A stretch of 64,000 nucleotides of DNA from Azolla caroliniana (taxonomy: Eukaryota > Plantae > Polypodiophyta): the NCBI GenBank assembly GCA_043228905.1, contig JBHGNT010000015.1:14260001-14324000 (forward strand), given 5' to 3'. Shown here one piece after another: positions 61,903 through 64,000 of the stretch. Below the pieces are notes generated by a model. The model was not told where the DNA came from and made no database searches. It worked only from the letters and a program-made list of their open reading frames with translations. Position 1 is the first letter of the stretch; each line of letters opens with the position of its first letter. The translations under genes were made by a program, and so were the position numbers.

Positions 61903-64000
61903 TGTCGAATACATGTGTATAATGGACGTATTCACACTATCCCGTTTTGGCCATTTATGTAATTAGCATAAAGGGTAGTTGCCCTAAGTCGGTCACTATA
62001 TATAGTGACCTTGTAACCTTTTTGTAAGGTTGGATGTTGTATTCTTGCTTTATGAATAAAGAGTCTTTTGTGTCTCTCTCTCTCTCTCTCTCTCTGTGCA
62101 ACGACCTACAAACTGTCCTACGCAGGTACTCAAAAGCAATCGAATGCTTCTTGATCTTCCGCACTGACGGCCTCTTGTCTCCAACATCTGGTATCAGAGC
62201 AGAGGTTCGGCCGTCATCACCGCCTGCACAGCATTCGGTTCTTCACTTCATCACGGCCTGCACAGTATTCGCGTCATTCGAAGAAAGAGAGAAGAAGAAC
62301 AAAAACGAGGATTGCACCTCATCGCGTTAGATCCCCTTGCTTGGAGTAAGCCAGCAGGTCGTACTCTGTCCCTTGTGATCGTAACCGCTCGAGGTGAAAT
62401 CCCCTTGTGCAACTTTGACAACAACCCAAATTCGTGCTTCATCTGGCTGATCGACATTCGGGAGGATCAGTCGGATCCGTCTCTCTCATCGCTGCAGTCA
62501 ACCGAAGCAGAATCGGTCCAGATAATCGGTTTCAATAATCGGTATTCGGCACATATATCCGAAGCGAACCGGGCTCACTCCGACTCGGCAACATTCGGGA
62601 AGACCAGTCGGTTCTGTCCCTCAAGTTACCGGAGTCAATTCGAGCAAGTTCAACAATACATATATCCGAAGCCGAACCAACTCGGGTTCAAATCCGACTA
62701 GAACGATATCGGGTGAGCCAACCGGCTGCACTCCAACAAGGTTCGTAGTCAACTTCGAACCGAGCTTCGTCAACCGAAACCGAATTTGATGGCATCAACA
62801 TCCGGCTCGTCAGAAATGAGTCTACGAAAGTTCGATGGATCGAACTTCAACTTCTGGAAGGAACAAATGCAGGACTATCTCATAGTCAAGGGGCAAATCG
62901 ATCCCATCGAAAATGAAGAACCTCCAGAAGGATACAAACCAATTGAGTGGCAGAAGCTGGACAGAATCGTCCGCGCCACGATTCGGATGCACCTATCGGA
63001 ATCGGTATATTTTACGGTGCAATCGTGTACGACAGCATTCGAACTGTGGAAAACACTGTCGGACACTTACGAAAAGAAGGTCGCCGCAACGAAGATGTTT
63101 CTGATCCGGCGCCTCTACAACTTGCGGATGAAAGAATCCGACTCGGTTCAAGCACACCTCAATGAGTACGAAAGCATAAGCTCCCAAATCTCATCACAGG
63201 GGACGGCAATCGAGGATGAACTCAGAGCAATGATACTCATGAGTAGCCTTCCCCCATCATGGGAAACTTTCGTCACAACTGTGTGCAACGCGTCAACCAC
63301 GGCTGTTAAATACTCTGAAGTCACGAGCGCAATCCTGACCGAAGCAGCTCGGAGAAAGTCTTTCGCCAAAGACTCAACAGACGACGCTTATGTAGTACAA
63401 GGTTCGACAGACCGATCGAACATACGAGGAAGAGATTCCTCACGGCCGCCGAACAATCAGCGAAGACGGAGCCAGTCACGGGATAACCGAATCTGCAATT
63501 ACTGCAAAAAACCCGGTCACATCAAAGCCGACTGCCGCGCACTCAAGAACAAGAACGACAAGTCTCAGAGATCAGACAAGAAGAGTGGCCGGCATGAGGA
63601 GATCAATTACGTCAGCTTCTCAGCGGATGTACTACCGGACGACCCGAATATACTATCAATCGAAAATCCAGTCGGATCAGAAGTTCTACTCACGACTGAA
63701 GAATCGAGCACATGGCTCTTAGATTCGGGCGCGTCATTTCACGTGACTCCTCATCGATCCCAATTTCGGCAATATACGATCCGTCACTCCGACTCAGTTC
63801 GAGTCGGCAACTCACAACACTGTGACATCATCGGAATCGGCACAGTAGAGCTCAACCTTGCAGGTGGCTCTACACTTGTACTCCACAATGTCCGACATGT
63901 ACCCGAGCTCTCAAGGCCATTGATCTCAGTCGGACAACTAGATGAAGACGGCATTCGTGCCGGTTTTTCTTCGGGAGGGTGGACACTCCACAGGGGGAAC
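61903..64000 (+). mobile_element. Element I: Ty1/copia 5' part (LTR 61903-62186, Met PBS 62189-62200), runs off the window
   Basis: TGTCG...CAACA, TGGTATCAGAGC, open gag-PR frame. Confidence 0.93.
62789..64000 (+). CDS. gag-pol: Element I Gag-protease, open to the window end (absent from the ORF track because it has no stop)
   Basis: Manual translation MASTSGSSEMSLRKFDGSNFNFWKEQM...CNYCKKPGHIKADC...WLLDSGASFH. Confidence 0.92.
   Translation, partial: MASTSGSSEMSLRKFDGSNFNFWKEQMQDYLIVKGQIDPIENEEPPEGYKPIEWQKLDRIVRATIRMHLSESVYFTVQSCTTAFELWKTLSDTYEKKVAATKMFLIRRLYNLRMKESDSVQAHLNEYESISSQISSQGTAIEDELRAMILMSSLPPSWETFVTTVCNASTTAVKYSEVTSAILTEAARRKSFAKDSTDDAYVVQGSTDRSNIRGRDSSRPPNNQRRRSQSRDNRICNYCKKPGHIKADCRALKNKNDKSQRSDKKSGRHEEINYVSFSADVLPDDPNILSIENPVGSEVLLTTEESSTWLLDSGASFHVTPHRSQFRQYTIRHSDSVRVGNSQHCDIIGIGTVELNLAGGSTLVLHNVRHVPELSRPLISVGQLDEDGIRAGFSSGGWTLHRGN

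Overview
Gene-free, deeply nested transposon DNA from a plant genome, probably a non-seed land plant (inferred from element types). No host gene is recognisable. It holds four coding copies (A, B, D, H) of a tRNA-Trp-primed Ty3/gypsy group (Phygy-like), two solo LTRs and one non-autonomous derivative (G) of that group. It also holds a very young chromovirus (E, 28100-35211), a near-complete Ty1/copia (C, 17953-23701), seven partial copia elements, an Athila-like relic with an extra 3' ORF (F), an intron-containing Sola2-type DNA transposon, a possible LINE ORF1 fragment and several tandem repeats. Three signals stand out, all in the Trp-primed group. (1) All four coding copies end Gag-PR with G_GAU_UUU plus a stop, followed by a covarying H-type pseudoknot, and the -1 frame runs open into RT: a predicted programmed -1 frameshift between protease and RT. 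(2) Their 4-bp target sites are centred on CpG. (3) Three LTR families carry an antisense tRNA-like A-box/B-box (Pol III) module in U3, upstream of an RY-motif-rich Pol II promoter. Coordinates were counted by eye and may be off by a few bases; no searches or folding programs were run.
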